Assembly: GCA_015494465.1 (NCBI GenBank)
Contig: WGBD01000007.1
Location: 3,009 to 67,008, forward strand
Reading direction: 5' to 3'
Source: Candidatus Omnitrophota bacterium
Lineage (GTDB): Bacteria > Omnitrophota > Gorgyraeia > S143-82
Length of the DNA: 64,000 nucleotides
Part shown: in pieces, positions 47,518-58,034 of the stretch
Numbering within the stretch: position 1 is the first letter of the stretch
How the letters are laid out: the number at the start of each line of letters is the position of its first letter
Notes under the pieces: generated by a model
Seen by the model: only the letters and a program-made list of their open reading frames with translations
The model's database searches: none
Told to the model about the DNA's origin: nothing
Translations under genes and position numbers: made by a program

Positions 47518-48783
47518 TCACAGGTCAAAAATCTCCTTTACGATATTGAATATCTTGTGCGGGTTGTGCCTTATCACCTCTCCGATGTCCACCACATTGC
47601 CCAAGATCATCTTCACCCCCAAGTCCTCCTCTATCCTAGCCACATCGCCTATAGGTACCGAATACGCCCCCTCTTCTGCGTACTTGTCCAGGACCTCCTG
47701 GGGGATGGTAGTGGTATTCACCACGCAGTGGCTCACGATCCCTTTGCGGGTGTGATCGACTATTGCCTTAAGGTGATCGTAGACCGAATATCCGTCGGTC
47801 TCTCCCTTCTGGGTCATGACATTGCAGACATAGATCCTGGGAGCCTTGGTGGAGATCAGGGCCTCGGTTATCTCCGGGACGAGCAGGTTAGGTATGATGC
47901 TCGTGTAGAGGCTCCCCGGCCCTAAAAAGACGAGGTCCGCCTCCCTTATCGACTCCACCGCCTCGTCACAGCCCTTGGGGGAATCAGGATCCAAGAAGAC
48001 CCTCTTTATCCTTTTGCCTGCCTTCGGGATCTCTGCCTCTCCTCTCACTCTAGATCCGTCTTCGTACTCCGCTAGCAACGAGACCTTCTCAAAGGTGGAA
48101 GGCAAGACCCGCCCCCGGATGGCAAGGACCTCGCTGGCCGCCTTTATCGCCTTCTCGAAGTCCCCAGTTATCTGGACCAAGACCGTCAGAAAAAGGTTAC
48201 CAAAACTGTGGCCCCCTAATTCTGGTATATCCTTGGAGAACCTGTACTGAAAAAGGTCCCTCAACAAGGGCTCTACATCCGCCAGGGCAACCAGACAATT
48301 GCGGATGTCCCCAGGGGGCAGTATGTCAAAGGTATCCCTCAATCGGCCAGAACTCCCACCACTGTCCGCGACGGTAACGATAGCGGTGATGTTGGAGGTA
48401 TACTCTTTAAGTCCCTGCAGGAGCACCGACTGCCCGGATCCTCCCCCGATCACCACCAGTCTAGGTCCCTTGGAGAGAACATGGCGATGATAGAGTATGT
48501 CTGCAATCTCGTATCTGGCCTTTTTGGAGGGGGAAAGACTGTCGATTATCAGGCCTATTATCTTCACCACGCTGACGATCAACAGCAAGAGACCTGCGAG
48601 CAGGATTATCCAATCGAACGAGGAGATCAACCTCAACGCGGAAAGGAAGTGGGTGGCACCTGCTAGGAGGAGGAAAAGCCCCAAGAGGGCCAAAGATACC
48701 CAACGCTTTAACCCGACTCCGGGATAAAACCACTTTATTAACCTGACGAGCCAATTAACTGTATCGGGAGTCCTCTTCTTCAA
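47518..48783 (-). CDS. YvcK/GlmR (UPF0052) gluconeogenesis/morphogenesis factor with N-terminal TM segments
   Basis: [51 protein letters not shown]. Confidence 0.9.
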   Translation of the reverse strand: MKKRTPDTVNWLVRLIKWFYPGVGLKRWVSLALLGLFLLLAGATHFLSALRLISSFDWIILLAGLLLLIVSVVKIIGLIIDSLSPSKKARYEIADILYHRHVLSKGPRLVVIGGGSGQSVLLQGLKEYTSNITAIVTVADSGGSSGRLRDTFDILPPGDIRNCLVALADVEPLLRDLFQYRFSKDIPELGGHSFGNLFLTVLVQITGDFEKAIKAASEVLAIRGRVLPSTFEKVSLLAEYEDGSRVRGEAEIPKAGKRIKRVFLDPDSPKGCDEAVESIREADLVFLGPGSLYTSIIPNLLVPEITEALISTKAPRIYVCNVMTQKGETDGYSVYDHLKAIVDHTRKGIVSHCVVNTTTIPQEVLDKYAEEGAYSVPIGDVARIEEDLGVKMILGNVVDIGEVIRHNPHKIFNIVKEIFDL

Positions 48784-49225
48784 TGAGTTTTAAGGCCTCT
48801 TCTTTCGTTTTGGCCTGCATCAGCAAGGCCCGGAAGTTCTTGTCCTTCAATAGGCGGGTGATCTTGGCAAGGGCCTTTAAGTGCGGACCAGCTGCCTCTT
48901 TAGGAGCAACCAGGAGGAAGAAAAGATAGACCTTCTCACCGTCCAAGGCCTTGAAGTCCACCCCTTTGTGGGATATGCCAAAGGCAGCGACGAGTTTATC
49001 GACCCTATCGCTCTTGGCGTGAGGAATGGCTATCCCGTTACCGATGGCAGTGGAACCCAATTCCTCTCTATTTATCAACTCCTCCAGGATCTTAGGTTCG
49101 TCCTCTGCCTTTATCTGGCCTGCTTTTACTAAGGCATCCAACAGTTCTTTTATTACACCGTCTCTGTCTTCCGCCTGCAGATCAGGAACAACGCATTCCT
49201 CACACAGGATGTCCATAATTCTCAT
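48755..49225 (-). CDS. PTS EIIA (Ntr/Fru-type) protein
   Basis: RE..GST.IG.GIAIPHA (phospho-His), G.DF.ALDG, HLK.LA. Confidence 0.9.
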   Translation of the reverse strand: MRIMDILCEECVVPDLQAEDRDGVIKELLDALVKAGQIKAEDEPKILEELINREELGSTAIGNGIAIPHAKSDRVDKLVAAFGISHKGVDFKALDGEKVYLFFLLVAPKEAAGPHLKALAKITRLLKDKNFRALLMQAKTKEEALKLIEEEDSRYS

Positions 49226-49278
49226 GGTCCACTCCTTTTAGTTCGGCGTTAAAGCGACCTGCCCCCAACAATAAAATA

Positions 49279-49351
49279 AGCGGGTGATGGGATTCGAACC
49301 CACGACAACCACGTTGGCAACGTGGTGCTCTACCAACTGAGCTACACCCGC
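49279..49351 (-). tRNA. tRNA-Gly(GCC)
   Basis: GCGGGTG acceptor, CCACG-TT-GCC-AA-CGTGG anticodon arm, GTTCGAATC T-loop. CCA not encoded. Confidence 0.96.
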
Positions 49352-49380
49352 AAGATCCTCTACATTCTATCTATCACCAA

Positions 49381-49462
49381 TGCGAGAGGTGGGACTCGAA
49401 CCCACACTCCTTACGGAACTAGATCCTAAGTCTAGCGCGTCTGCCAATTCCGCCACTCTCGC
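49381..49462 (-). tRNA. tRNA-Leu(TAG)
   Basis: GCGAGAG acceptor, CTAGA-CT-TAG-GA-TCTAG arm, long variable arm, GTTCGAGTC. Confidence 0.96.
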
Positions 49463-49483
49463 CTGACAGAGAACGAAATCAAG

Positions 49484-49556
49484 TGGGTCGTGAAGGATTC
49501 GAACCTTCAACCTTGGGCTTAAGAGGCCCCTGCTCTGCCAGTTGAGCTAACGACCC
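49484..49556 (-). tRNA. tRNA-Lys(CTT)
   Basis: GGGTCGT acceptor, GGGGC-CT-CTT-AA-GCCCA arm, GTTCGAATC. Confidence 0.94.
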
Positions 49557-49571
49557 AATCTCGAATTACGA

Positions 49572-49600
49572 TTTATATCACAAAAGGGTCTTCATGACAA
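49572..49600 (-). promoter_or_regulatory. Sigma70 promoter of the tRNA Lys-Leu-Gly cluster
   Basis: TTGTCA-17 bp-TATAAA, 15 nt upstream of tRNA-Lys. Confidence 0.7.
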
Positions 49601-49614
49601 GAGGGATCGATGGC

Positions 49615-50436
49615 TTAATCGCCTTCGAAATCACTCAACACCATCGAGCGGTGGTACATCCTCCCTATCTCTTCCAATATCTCTCTACTTACTAATGTAA
49701 ATTCCTCCCCCCCTATCTCTACGCACGCACCCATGTAAGGAGGGTACCAAAATGCCCTTATCTTTCTCTTGACTTCCTCTAAGCTATCCTCTTGCCTTAC
49801 CCTTCTCAATCTCTCGAAATCCTCCCGAGATATGTACCGTCCTCGTCCCTGAGGAACCCTGGGCAGGTCACCCTTTTCGCGTAGTTCTTCTATCACCTCT
49901 TCGAACAAATCGAGGAGATAGTCTTGAGTCTTCTGCTCCAGGGAAAAGGCGGTCTCCTTTTCGGGGTCTATCTCGAACCTGCGCACCTTTATGATGTCTC
50001 CGGTGTCAAAGGAGTCGTCTACGAAATGGGCCGAAACGCCCCAGTACTTCATCCCCTCGTATATGGCAAAGTTGTACCCCCCAAGTCCCCGGAATTCGGG
50101 TAAAGGTGCGGGATGGAAGTTAATACATCCGAGGCGGGGTAGGTCGATCAAGGGGCGTTTGATCTTCTTCCAAAACAGAAAGGAGATCACTAAATCTACA
50201 TCTCCTAACCTAACGCCTTGCAACTCTTCTTTGCCGTCGGCAATGCAGGCGTAAATGTCCTCATCCCTGACCGTTGGGATCCCATACCTCCTGGCGGTAT
50301 CCGCCAATCTAGGACGCCAATGCACCGGTTTGTCTTCAGGAGGGGCAACCACCAACGCCACATCTACGCCTTTTGCAACGAGATACCTTAAGGCCTCACT
50401 CGCGGACGGTTTTCGCCCCATAAAGATTACGCGCAT
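49615..50436 (-). CDS. N10-formyl-THF-dependent formyltransferase (likely sugar N-formyltransferase, not canonical Fmt)
   Basis: MRVIFMG, INFHPAPLP.FRG, HFVD..FDTGDII, IRAFWYPPY. No Fmt C-terminal domain. Confidence 0.8.
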   Translation of the reverse strand: MRVIFMGRKPSASEALRYLVAKGVDVALVVAPPEDKPVHWRPRLADTARRYGIPTVRDEDIYACIADGKEELQGVRLGDVDLVISFLFWKKIKRPLIDLPRLGCINFHPAPLPEFRGLGGYNFAIYEGMKYWGVSAHFVDDSFDTGDIIKVRRFEIDPEKETAFSLEQKTQDYLLDLFEEVIEELREKGDLPRVPQGRGRYISREDFERLRRVRQEDSLEEVKRKIRAFWYPPYMGACVEIGGEEFTLVSREILEEIGRMYHRSMVLSDFEGD

Positions 50437-50470
50437 ACCCTTTTCCTCGGATACGGAGGTCCACGCAAAG

Positions 50471-50544
50471 CTCCCCGGGGGAGACTCGAACTCCCAACAC
50501 TCGGATCCGAAGTCCGATGCTCTATCCAATTGAGCTACCGGGGA
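50471..50544 (-). tRNA. tRNA-Arg(TCG)
   Basis: TCCCCGG/CCGGGGA acceptor, TCGGA-CT-TCG-GA-TCCGA arm, GGGAG-TTCGAGT-CTCCC T arm. Confidence 0.94.
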
Positions 50545-50971
50545 AGGATATCTCTATCTCCCTTTCGTCTCCCCCCAAGTGTCTTATATTAATCCAAAGA
50601 CTGACTTCGGGCAAGTATTCACCCGCCCGATCCACCCACTCTATCAGGCTGATCCCTTTCCGCCCCACCGTTTCCTCCCAGCCCAAGGTGTAAAGATCCG
50701 AGGGCCCAATTCGATATAGGTCAAAGTGGTAGATAGAAAATCCCTTGAGAGTAGGATACTCGTTTACCAAGGTAAAGGTAGGGCTGTTGACCTGGTCGGG
50801 ATCTACCCCAAACGCACTAGCAAATCCCTTTACGAACACGGTCTTTCCCGCGCCGAGATCCCCTACCAGGCCCACGGCAAGGGGGATTTGTCCGATCCCC
50901 CTCGCTAAGTCCTGGGCCAACCTGAAGGTCTCCTCAGTGCTCTTCGTCGTATAGATCTTCTTCTCGCTCAT
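50522..50971 (-). CDS. tsaE: tRNA threonylcarbamoyladenosine biosynthesis ATPase
   Basis: GDLGAGKT, SPTFTLVNEY, HFDLYR, IEW. Confidence 0.93.
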   Translation of the reverse strand: MSEKKIYTTKSTEETFRLAQDLARGIGQIPLAVGLVGDLGAGKTVFVKGFASAFGVDPDQVNSPTFTLVNEYPTLKGFSIYHFDLYRIGPSDLYTLGWEETVGRKGISLIEWVDRAGEYLPEVSLWINIRHLGGDEREIEISFPGSSIG

Positions 50972-51431
50972 GGCCACCAACTCGCCCCTGCATCCCCCCA
51001 CGATGTTTTCTCTTCTTGATCCACAGATTCTTCCTCATCTCCTGCCACTTTCTGAACTGCTCGGGGGTGAGGATCTCTCTTACCTTAAAGGCAAATTCTA
51101 CGCGATAGCGAAGGAGCTTCCTCTGAAGGGTTACTACCTTGTCTATAATCTTATCACAGGCCTGCCTGTCCCCAGAAGATATGGCCTTCGAGAGCTCCTT
51201 CCTCGCCTCCGCTATCTCCTTGCGCACTTGGCGTTGCAGTTCACGATAATGCTGGCGAATCTTGGCCAGTTCTTGCCTTTGCTCTTCGGTAAATAAGCTC
51301 TCTTCCATCCGATCGCGAACCCTCTGCCAGGCCTTTTTGGGCATCCTGGCTCCCTGTTTAGCATAGGCAGATCCAGCCACTACAAACATCAAGGCGATCA
51401 CCCACAATGCAATCCAGCTCACCTTCCGCAT
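50934..51431 (-). CDS. Spy/CpxP-family periplasmic chaperone
   Basis: Signal peptide, FTEEQ and ILTPEQ (LTxxQ) motifs, helical and basic. Confidence 0.75.
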   Translation of the reverse strand: MRKVSWIALWVIALMFVVAGSAYAKQGARMPKKAWQRVRDRMEESLFTEEQRQELAKIRQHYRELQRQVRKEIAEARKELSKAISSGDRQACDKIIDKVVTLQRKLLRYRVEFAFKVREILTPEQFRKWQEMRKNLWIKKRKHRGGMQGRVGGHEREEDLYDEEH

Positions 51432-51486
51432 GGCACACCTCCTTTTTTAGAATTTCCCATCCTTCCCTGGGGCCCCGTCCATCCAC

Positions 51487-51515
51487 TTAGACACGGAGAG
51501 AGGCCTGTTTGTTCC
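51487..51515 (-). promoter_or_regulatory. ECF (sigmaE-like) promoter of the spy/cpxP-like gene
   Basis: GGAACAA-16 bp-GTCTAA immediately after the hppA terminator. Confidence 0.62.
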
Positions 51516-51524
51516 CAAAGAGTG

Positions 51525-51561
51525 AAAAAAAAAACGGCCGAGAGGGACCCTCCCGACCGTT
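51525..51561 (-). terminator. Intrinsic terminator after hppA
   Basis: AACGGTCGGGAGG-loop-CCTCTCGGCCGTT running into a long T-tract. Confidence 0.85.
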
Positions 51562-51587
51562 GCCAATGGTCTCAATGGCCAAACCTA

Positions 51588-53693
51588 TCACTTCATCAAT
51601 GTGTTGTGGATTATAAAGGACGCAAACACGATGGAGACCATGGACATCAACTTGATAAGGATGTTTATAGAGGGACCAGAGGTGTCCTTAAAGGGATCAC
51701 CCACGGTGTCCCCAACAACCGCTGCCTTGTGGGCATCGGATCCCTTACCACCAAAGTTCCCCTCTTCTATGTACTTCTTGGCGTTGTCCCAAGTACCACC
51801 TGCGTTGGCCATGAAGACCGCAAGTACGAATCCGCTGGCCAGGGCCCCCGCTAACAGTCCCACCTCAGACGAGACCCCCAACAACAGTCCAACCGTAATA
51901 GGCGTTATAACCGCGAGCAAAGAAGGCAAGATCATCTCCCTCTGGGCGGAGGCAGTGGCTATCGCCACGCACCGGGCGTAGTCTGCCTTGGCCTTGCCTT
52001 CCATAAGGCCAACGATCTCCTTAAACTGCCTCCTGACCTCTAGGACTATCCCCTGCGCTGCTCTACCCACCGCCCGGATCGTCAAGGCGGAGAAGGCAAA
52101 GGGCATCATGGCACCGATGAACACACCGATCAACACCGTCGGGTTCATCAGGGATAGATCCAACTGTCCTCCGTGCAAGACGATCTCGTCCTTATAGGCT
52201 GCAATCAGCGCCATGGCAGTAAGGGCTGCGGATCCTATGGCAAAACCCTTCCCGGTGGCAGCGGTGGTGTTACCAAGCGCATCCAGGGCATCTGTACGCC
52301 TGCGCACCTCTGGATCCAAGCCCGACATCTGGGCGTTTCCACCTGCGTTGTCCGCTACCGGACCGTAGGCATCGGTGGCCAAGGTTATCCCCAAGGTGGA
52401 AAGCATCCCTACCGCAGAGATCCCGATACCGTACAATCCCATACCCAGGTTGTCGAAGCCACCGGTAACCTTGAAGGCAATGAATATTGCGCTACAGACC
52501 ACCAATACGGGTATTAAGGTCGAGAGCATACCCACCGCTATACCGCTCAGTATCACGGTTGCGGGACCGGTTATCGCGGACTCCGCTACCATCCGCGTGG
52601 GCCTATAGGAGGCAGAGGTAAAGTACTCAGTAGACAGTCCTATCAGGATCCCTGCTACCAACCCCGATATGACCGCCCAATACACGCCCATGAAACCGGG
52701 GCCGAGGGTAAACCTGACGATAAAGTAAGAGAGGATCGCTATAAGGATCGCGGAGCTGAAGATGCCCCTGCGCAAGGCCCACAGGAGGGCCTCCTGACTG
52801 GCGTCCTCTTTGGTGTGCACTATAAAGGTACCTATTATAGACGCGATCACACCGCAGGTGGCCATCACCATGGGCACCGTCACTCCGGCGAGCCCCAACC
52901 CTGCCACCGCAGCTAGGGCCATGGTTGCCACGATCGACCCCACATAGGACTCGTATAGGTCAGCCCCCATGCCTGCGACATCTCCGACATTGTCACCCAC
53001 ATTGTCTGCGATAACCGCAGGGTTCCTGGGGTCGTCCTCAGGGATACCTGCCTCTACCTTTCCCACCAGGTCAGCACCGACATCGGCTGCCTTGGTATAG
53101 ATGCCACCACCCAACCTGGCGAACAGGGCCTGGGAGCTGGCCCCCATACCAAAGGTCAGCATGGTAGTGGTTATCGCAGTTATCTTATCCATGTTGTTGA
53201 GCAGGTCGGGATAGCGGGTGTAGAACCAGTTCAACAGATAGAACCAGATAGAGAGGTCCAAAAGGCCCAGACCGACCACCACCAGACCCATAACTGCACC
53301 CGCGGAGAAGGCGATCCTCAATCCCCGATTAAGCGAGTGCTGGGCCCCAGCAGCGGTGCGATTGCTCGCCCGAGTGGCTATCATCATACCTATAAACCCG
53401 GAGAGACCGGAGAAAAAACCGCCAGTCAAGAAGGCAAACGGCACGAACGGAGTGAGGTACTTCTTGTAGGCCATCCAAGACAGGATCAGAAAGACCACGG
53501 CGAAGAAGATCCCCACTACCTTGTACTGCCGTTTCAGATAGGCAACCGCACCTTCTCTCACATACTGGGCGATCTCCTTCATCTTCTCGTTGCCTTCCTC
53601 GGCCCTGAGGACTTTCCAGGAGAGAAAGCCGGCAAATAGGATAGCAAGGATCGAACCTACCGGCGCCAACCACACCAGACCCAATCCACCCAT
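51588..53693 (-). CDS. hppA: Membrane ion-translocating pyrophosphatase, K+-dependent, likely Na+ or Na+,H+ type
   Basis: GGGIYTKAADVGADLVGKVE, DNVGDNVGD, GNTTAATGKGFAIGS, GDTVGDPFKDTSGP. Confidence 0.95.
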   Translation of the reverse strand: MGGLGLVWLAPVGSILAILFAGFLSWKVLRAEEGNEKMKEIAQYVREGAVAYLKRQYKVVGIFFAVVFLILSWMAYKKYLTPFVPFAFLTGGFFSGLSGFIGMMIATRASNRTAAGAQHSLNRGLRIAFSAGAVMGLVVVGLGLLDLSIWFYLLNWFYTRYPDLLNNMDKITAITTTMLTFGMGASSQALFARLGGGIYTKAADVGADLVGKVEAGIPEDDPRNPAVIADNVGDNVGDVAGMGADLYESYVGSIVATMALAAVAGLGLAGVTVPMVMATCGVIASIIGTFIVHTKEDASQEALLWALRRGIFSSAILIAILSYFIVRFTLGPGFMGVYWAVISGLVAGILIGLSTEYFTSASYRPTRMVAESAITGPATVILSGIAVGMLSTLIPVLVVCSAIFIAFKVTGGFDNLGMGLYGIGISAVGMLSTLGITLATDAYGPVADNAGGNAQMSGLDPEVRRRTDALDALGNTTAATGKGFAIGSAALTAMALIAAYKDEIVLHGGQLDLSLMNPTVLIGVFIGAMMPFAFSALTIRAVGRAAQGIVLEVRRQFKEIVGLMEGKAKADYARCVAIATASAQREMILPSLLAVITPITVGLLLGVSSEVGLLAGALASGFVLAVFMANAGGTWDNAKKYIEEGNFGGKGSDAHKAAVVGDTVGDPFKDTSGPSINILIKLMSMVSIVFASFIIHNTLMK

Positions 53694-53708
53694 ATCGAAC
53701 CTCCTTTT

Positions 53709-54998
<1,290 letters not shown>

Positions 54999-55025
54999 CT
55001 ATCGTGGTCCTTAATACATCAACCG

Positions 55026-55109
55026 TGGGCAGGGGAGGATTCGAACCTCCGAAGGGCAAAGCCCGCCAGATTTACAGTCTGGTGCGTTTGGCCACTCCGC
55101 CACCTGCCC
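55026..55109 (-). tRNA. tRNA-Tyr(GTA)
   Basis: GGGCAGG acceptor, CCAGA-CT-GTA-AA-TCTGG arm, long variable arm, GTTCGAATC. Confidence 0.96.
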
Positions 55110-55123
55110 GCACACCAGCCGAT

Positions 55124-55152
55124 ATTGTATAGCAAGCGGGTAGAAAAGTCAA
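55124..55152 (-). promoter_or_regulatory. Sigma70 promoter of tRNA-Tyr/purA
   Basis: TTGACT-17 bp-TACAAT. Confidence 0.72.
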
Positions 55153-55171
55153 CGAGAGCTGAGAGCGGGTA

Positions 55172-56269
55172 TCAGGGCATGTGGGATATGGCCAAGATCC
55201 CCAACAAGGCAGGGACGAGAGGGACCGGCAACAAGAGAAGATAGGGATTAACTATCCCCAATTGGGCAAAGTTGGAGGCAAGTGCAAAGGCTACATAGTA
55301 CAGGAAAAAGATTAACATACCGATACCCAAGCCTGCAAACCCAACCGGCCTTCTCTGGAGCTGGAGCACGAAAGGCAATCCTATCAACGCCAAAACTAGA
55401 GGAGAAAGGGGCAACAGCGCCCTAGAGAGGATCCTGACCTTGAAGAGCAATCTGGTCTCCGGGGTCATGTTATCGCCAAACCGGCGCAGGTTCTCCCACA
55501 ATCCTCGGATGTTCAACCGGGCCAAGGAGCCCTTACCGCGCAAGATCTCAGAAGGGCTCTCGCCCAGGTCTACCACCTTGCGCTTGTAAAACCTGCGCGA
55601 GGCCTGGTCAACATTACCGTTGAAGTCGAATTTATAGGTTAACAGGTCCTCAAATTCCCACTTTCCCTCCTTCCACCTGGCCCGCTTTGCCACCCACTTC
55701 TCCAGGATACGGTGGTTCCTGTCCTGAGAGAGTATCACGATCCCTTCTACCACATTAGTGCTAGGGTCGAAGGAGGAGAGAAAGTAGAGCTTATCGTCCT
55801 CGCCGTAAAATGTAACATTCCTTAGGGTCAACTTTTTTCTTTCCGAGGCATTGCGCTTTATGAAGTCCCTCTTTATGGTGTTCACGATCACCTCCGCGGA
55901 AGGAACGAACCGCTCGTTTACGAAAAAGCTCATGGCCCCCACCAACGAGGAAAACACCAGGATCGTGCGAAGCACATACCACAGGCCCTTGCCTGCAGTG
56001 CGCACCGCTATGACCTCGTTGCGATAGTTCATGTTCCCTATCACGAACATGGCACCCAACAGACTGGCAAGCGGAAAAATATTCACCAAGACTATCGGTA
56101 ACATCGCGGAATAGTAGGTCAACACTATCCTTAAAGGGACCTTGTTGTCGATTATGTCCTCTAGATGCCCCACGAGGTCTCCGAACAGGTAGAAAAAGCT
56201 GAAAAATCCGGCGAGATAGAAAAAGGCCTTGATGTAAGACCGCGCTATGTACTTATCTAGTGTCTTCAT
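55172..56269 (-). CDS. lptG: LPS export permease LptG
   Basis: MKTLDKYI start, NEVIA.R.AG motif, periplasmic beta domain, six TM. Tandem with lptF. Confidence 0.85.
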   Translation of the reverse strand: MKTLDKYIARSYIKAFFYLAGFFSFFYLFGDLVGHLEDIIDNKVPLRIVLTYYSAMLPIVLVNIFPLASLLGAMFVIGNMNYRNEVIAVRTAGKGLWYVLRTILVFSSLVGAMSFFVNERFVPSAEVIVNTIKRDFIKRNASERKKLTLRNVTFYGEDDKLYFLSSFDPSTNVVEGIVILSQDRNHRILEKWVAKRARWKEGKWEFEDLLTYKFDFNGNVDQASRRFYKRKVVDLGESPSEILRGKGSLARLNIRGLWENLRRFGDNMTPETRLLFKVRILSRALLPLSPLVLALIGLPFVLQLQRRPVGFAGLGIGMLIFFLYYVAFALASNFAQLGIVNPYLLLLPVPLVPALLGILAISHMP

Positions 56270-57351
56270 GGATGTCTGCCCAACATCACTGCACCCAGCG
56301 ACCCAAATGCGATATCAGGCAGGAGAAGACCCACGGGCGCTGGGAGGATCTGCTTTACTACCGCTGTCTCCGCCAAGAGCATAGTCAGATAATAGACCAC
56401 GGAAACCAGTCCGACCAATCCCAAGGCTATCGAGATCTCCCTCCGGGCAGAGGTGATGCTCACTGCTAACGCTAAGACCCCCAACATGAGAGGTGCCAGG
56501 GAAAACGCGATCCGCTTCCAGATCACCAAGTCTATAGGGAGCACATCTATTCCCCGCGAAGTGTAGTCCCTTCGCAATGCCAACAGATCCCTTACGGAGT
56601 ACTCCTTTACCTTTCTCGCCACCGACCGGCTAGCTTGCTTGGGCAGGTCAAAACTCATGTAATAGACGCTAGAGGTGAACTTGTAGTATCGACTGGGGTC
56701 TGCAGGATCTACCTCGTCGGATATCACGTTCTCCAACCTAAATCGCACCTTGTGAGCTGGCTCGTCGATCAACAATTGACCCCTCTTGGCTAGTATCACC
56801 CTAGGGGGACGGTCGGGTTGGAGCTGGTATATCCGAACCTCCTTCATGAGATTGTCTTTCATGTAGTAGATAAACAATATGTATCCCGGGAAGACATCTA
56901 TAAAGGTGCCGGGTTCTATGTAAGCGGAAGGCCTTTTCACCCCGATCTCCGCCAGTATCTTCCTGGCCCGATAGTGACCATTCGGCTCCACCTTATCGGT
57001 AATGATAAAGGTAACGATGGACAAGAGGCAAAGCAGGAACAAGACCGGTCTAATTATACTGAACAGATCTATCCCTGCGGATTGTAAGGCAGTTATCTCG
57101 TTGTCAGCGGACATGCGTCCGAAGAGAAGGACTACCCCGGTAAGGCTGGCAACGGGTAGACTGTAGCCTACCACGAACGGTACTATGCACTTCAACAACC
57201 CAAATATCAACCCTGGCGCCACCCCTTTGTTGATGATTAGGTGAGACAGCCGGAACACATTACCCACTATAAAGACGAGTGTGCAGATAGAAAGGGCCAA
57301 CAAGGTTAGGTAGAGCGCGTTACTCACCATGTAATCTCGGTAGATCTTCAT
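56266..57351 (-). CDS. lptF: LPS export permease LptF
   Basis: GRMSADNEITAL.SAG motif, PG.F, YjgP/YjgQ architecture. Confidence 0.85.
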   Translation of the reverse strand: MKIYRDYMVSNALYLTLLALSICTLVFIVGNVFRLSHLIINKGVAPGLIFGLLKCIVPFVVGYSLPVASLTGVVLLFGRMSADNEITALQSAGIDLFSIIRPVLFLLCLLSIVTFIITDKVEPNGHYRARKILAEIGVKRPSAYIEPGTFIDVFPGYILFIYYMKDNLMKEVRIYQLQPDRPPRVILAKRGQLLIDEPAHKVRFRLENVISDEVDPADPSRYYKFTSSVYYMSFDLPKQASRSVARKVKEYSVRDLLALRRDYTSRGIDVLPIDLVIWKRIAFSLAPLMLGVLALAVSITSARREISIALGLVGLVSVVYYLTMLLAETAVVKQILPAPVGLLLPDIAFGSLGAVMLGRHP

Positions 57352-58034
57352 CCGCATATGCAAAACACCTTCACTATCAAATCAGGATCGGCGTCTTTGA
57401 GCAACCTAGTGAGGCTTTCCAGGGTAGTGCCTGTGGTGATTATGTCGTCTACTAGGAGAACCGCCTTCCCACCCGATTGTCTAAATCTCCGAAACGATCC
57501 ATTCTTAAGGGAGAAGGCCCCTCGGATCGTCTTCCTCCTCTCACTTTTGTTCTTTAATCTGTGCAGTTCTGGCTTCCAGAAGCGCACTTCGAACAGCTCA
57601 ACCAGGTGGCTCTCCAACATCTCTGCTAAGGTCCTTGCCCACCACTGGGCGAGGTTGCCCGGCCTGAACACGACCCGCTTGAGCCAATGCATGGGCACGA
57701 ATGTGACCGCGTCTACACTCCCCAGGAGATCCCCCTGCTCGAGCAAGATCCTCTCCGTCCTTTCTCGAATCAATCCCCGCAGGTGCCAATCACCTCCAAA
57801 CTTTACCCGGCGTACCAGCCTACCCGCCCGCTGATAAGGCCAAAGCCACCACACCCCATCAGCAGAGGGGACCCGTTTAGCCTTTTCTGCCCCCAGGGAG
57901 AGATCGTACGAGAAATAAGACAAACACCCCCTACAAAGCCGGCCCCTGCCTGAAGGTGAACCGCAGAACTGGCATACCGGGGGCACGAGTTCGTCCAACA
58001 CCGCACCCGTCTGAGAGAAGAGAGCTTCAAACAT
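57348..58034 (-). CDS. comF: ComF-family protein (Zn ribbon plus phosphoribosyltransferase fold)
   Basis: CQFC...CRGC, VPMH, LLVDDIITTGTT. Confidence 0.8.
   Translation of the reverse strand: MFEALFSQTGAVLDELVPPVCQFCGSPSGRGRLCRGCLSYFSYDLSLGAEKAKRVPSADGVWWLWPYQRAGRLVRRVKFGGDWHLRGLIRERTERILLEQGDLLGSVDAVTFVPMHWLKRVVFRPGNLAQWWARTLAEMLESHLVELFEVRFWKPELHRLKNKSERRKTIRGAFSLKNGSFRRFRQSGGKAVLLVDDIITTGTTLESLTRLLKDADPDLIVKVFCICG

Noticed and set aside
46517-47755. 412-aa plus-strand ORF
   Set aside because: Antisense shadow of recA/yvcK with no recognisable motifs. Such shadows are expected from codon bias.
49484-49556. G-A mismatch at the top of the tRNA-Lys anticodon stem, and absence of encoded CCA in all five tRNAs
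   Set aside because: Both are common in bacterial tRNA genes and are not evidence of pseudogenes.
49226-50544. Possible integrative element at the tRNA cluster
   Set aside because: No integrase, no duplicated tRNA 3' end and no phage genes seen.
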